From Balanoglossus misakiensis (Eukaryota; Animalia; Hemichordata), in assembly GCA_040954595.2 (NCBI GenBank), contig CM082596.2:4271025-4335024 (forward strand): DNA of 64,000 bases, read 5' to 3'. Below, piece by piece: positions 61,353-64,000 of this stretch (within the stretch, counting starts at the first letter, position 1; every line of letters starts with the position of its first letter). The notes under the pieces are model-generated. The model did not search any database. It had not been told where the DNA came from and was given only the letters and a program-made list of their open reading frames with translations. The translations under genes and the position numbers were made by a program.

Positions 61353-61587
61353 TGCAGCTGCGACGTATAGTCCTTTCTGTTTTTCATTCTGCGATATACC
61401 GAACAATGACAAAGATATCTTGTGAACCGGTGGTACAGTCACACTCACTGGTCTTTCCCCACTTCCGTGCCGCGGGTACGTAGTCACTCTTTCTGAATAA
61501 ATAGAGTTCATCGACTTATATAGATGTGCCCTTTTCGGCGACATTTTCGATGCTGTAATCGCGCCTGCGCACTTCACACTTATAACT

Positions 61588-61759
61588 GGGGATTCCCCCT
61601 TCGCTGCCCGAAGATACGATTGGTTAGTCGAACCACGTGACTACGTGGACCAATTGAAATCAGCACCGACTTGGGATTTCCCCGTGAAACCATTGAAGGT
61701 GTTGTCGAACTGGGAAAATTTCAGAAAATTTCGATGATATACCTAAGTGGTGTATAAAA
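61588..61759 (+). promoter_or_regulatory. IkappaB proximal promoter with kappaB sites, CCAAT boxes, E-box and TATA
   Basis: GGGGATTCCCC 61588-61598, ATTGG 61619, CACGTG 61634, CCAAT 61650, GGGATTTCCCC 61673-61683, GGGAAAATTTC 61712-61722, TATAAAA 61753-61759, all upstream of ATG 61904. IkappaB genes are established NF-kappaB feedback targets. Confidence 0.75.
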
Positions 61760-61903
61760 CTTACTGCGCACCAAAGGAGCAGTAGTATTTGGAGACCGAT
61801 CTGTTAGCAAAGACAGTGCAGTTGAGGAGGTGTTTACTATATTTCACCGCGGAATATATTTCGTCCCAACTTGAATCCAACTTCCAAGTGATTTGTATCC
61901 GAT

Positions 61904-64000
61904 ATGTCGCAGCTTCAGTCTGACGTTGTTGCCGACTGTGCTGGGCCAGCGAACAGAAGCATGGTGGATGACAAAGATTATTATGCGTTTCACCCAAAGT
62001 TCGCGAATTTGAAAGTGCAACCAGATAGTGAGTGTACTGACTCTGGTTTTGGATCTGTCGGCTCGTCTGCCACGAAGTCACTCAGAGAGGAGTGGGACCA
62101 GGAAATCCAAACAGGACTGCAAACGTTACACATTTCTGAAGAAAGTGAACCTGAGCCGGTTGACTGTAGCCATGCAATGGGAAATATCGCAGAGACTGAT
62201 GATGGTATTGATAGAACCGAATACTCGGAGGATGTAGGGGAAAGGAAATATTCGTTTGAAGCATTCGAACAGGACGACGATGGGGACACGTACGTACCGT
62301 AAATTGTATATATGTTTATTGCTGAAACTTTCTGAGACGCGATGGTGATTAGCCGGAAAGCATAGCCGCGAAGTTTCTATCCAGATCGTGTAAAAAAGAG
62401 AACGATTTGATGATTAGCTTTCTTTGAAGTTTATAACACACCCCAAAAGTGAAAGACTGCGTATTTTCCCCACACCAAAAACGCAGTTGTTTATGCGTCG
62501 CAACGCGACCGTTTCGAAGCTATTGTTAACGGACATGCGTACTTCCCCGGGTTTTTCCCACGTAATTTCCCAAGGACGTCAGAGTCACGCACACATATAC
62601 ACCCATTGTGTCGCGGACATCGACCCTGGAAATGTTTATAATTAACCTGATCAGTGGGATGCCAAACAAGAAAATTTTCAATTTGCCACCTTTTAATCTT
62701 TACTTTGTGTCACTGTCTACAAAAACAATGATACTGTACTAATACTAATGCTGAAGACAGCTAACAAGTAATTATTTTTCCCTTTCTTTTTTTATCATGA
62801 CAGGACTTTACATCTAGCTATAATCCATAACCGTCTTGATGTCGCAGAAGCAATAATTGACCAGGCACCAAGTTCAGAATTTCTCGACATTCACAATGAC
62901 CTTTTGCAGGTGAGTCCATTTAAACTAGCCATTTTCCTCAATACACATATACATGTATGTAAAATACCACAATGTAAAATTGCTGGCATGCGTTATGTAC
63001 TCTTAAATTAATATTTATGAATTTTGCTGTCTTGATTGCAGAAACCATTACATCTTGCATCAATTCTTAAACAAGATGGAATTTGCAGAAAACTGGTCCG
63101 AGCTGGGGCTACAGTCGATGCTTGTGATCGCCATGGAGATACTCCACTGCATCTAGCCTGTTCAGGAGGCGATCTGAGGACCGTGCAAATGTTGACTGCT
63201 CCACTGTCGATGGAAGAATTGAAACATCAACAGAACCTGCAGTTCAACAAGCTACTCAGAGTACAGCAACTGTCACAAGACCTGGAAATGAAAAATTACG
63301 AAGGTAAATGTCAAATCTGACATTAACATCCATGTTTTAGGCGTTACGCTTAGTAAATTGTTTGGTTCAAGAAACTTGGTATGTTGCCAGTTTTGTTGCC
63401 ACGTGTTAGCCAATCAGGCGCTGAGGTAGCAAATTTGCATATGGGAAAACCCCCTTTCTCTCCCTTCAGGAAACAGGATTTGGCCAGAGTCCATAAAGAG
63501 AAAATAAACAAGATAAAAAGAAAGAACAATCTTAAAAAATGGTGGTGGTTTTTCTTTTCAAAGGTTGCTATGTGTTCTCAAAATTGGGGAAGCACTGTCA
63601 GATGGATTTAGAATGAGAATTCAGATATTTTTAGCGGGAAATTCCCTAAAGGTACATACATTTTGCAGCATTTGCATACAACCAGGATATTGTAGTTCTC
63701 TTCCTTGCTTACTGAGATATGTCTGTTTGCTTCCTGTTACAGGTTTAACATGTGTGCATTTGGCAGCGTGCAACAACCACTGCGACGTGGTGCAGTACTT
63801 GACAGCGGCCGGTGCGGACATCAATGCTGGAGACGGCAAAAGTGGGAGGACGGCTCTGCACTACGCCGTTGAGAATCACAACACAGAGATGATGCGGTTC
63901 CTCCTGGTGGCTTGCCGTGCCTATGTGGACAGTATGACCTTCAATGGGTGCACGCCCCTGCATCTTGCGGTGGGCAGGAACTTCGTGGCGGGCACCCAGC
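61904..64000 (+). CDS. NF-kappaB inhibitor (IkappaB-alpha/cactus-like), 5' part; truncated by window end
   Basis: Exons 61904-62289, 62804-62909, 63042-63303, 63743-64000+. DSGFGS phosphodegron (DSGxxS), then ankyrin repeats DGDTTLHLAII, LQKPLHLAS, HGDTPLHLAC, YEGLTCVHLAA, KSGRTALHYAVE, NGCTPLHLAV. Exact paralog not assigned. Confidence 0.93.

Noticed and set aside
61227-62289. Minus-strand ORFs 61227-61577, 61761-62081, 61990-62289
   Set aside because: Microsatellite-derived or antisense shadows of IkappaB exon 1, with no recognisable domain.

Overview
Animal (metazoan, probably marine invertebrate; taxon not determinable here) genomic DNA in two parts. (1) 68-44128 is a tandem array of about 500 copies of an 88-bp AT-rich satellite. 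It switches strand once at ~23035, giving two arms of ~23 kb and ~21 kb, each with its own higher-order duplications. (2) 44129-64000 is an intron-containing gene cluster: a divergent ALDH6A1-like copy (+), TEDC1 (-), a canonical ALDH6A1/methylmalonate-semialdehyde dehydrogenase (-), and the 5' part of an IkappaB/cactus gene (+) surrounded by NF-kappaB sites. Main observations: the giant non-mirror inverted satellite, whose unit keeps an 8-bp dyad through compensatory changes; a solo 18-bp copy of the satellite core outside the array; and two inverted ALDH6A1 paralogs homogenised in patches (including a whole intron) while two short exons expected to line the substrate pocket have diverged. 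Gene models were read by eye from splice sites and protein-family recognition; no searches were run.
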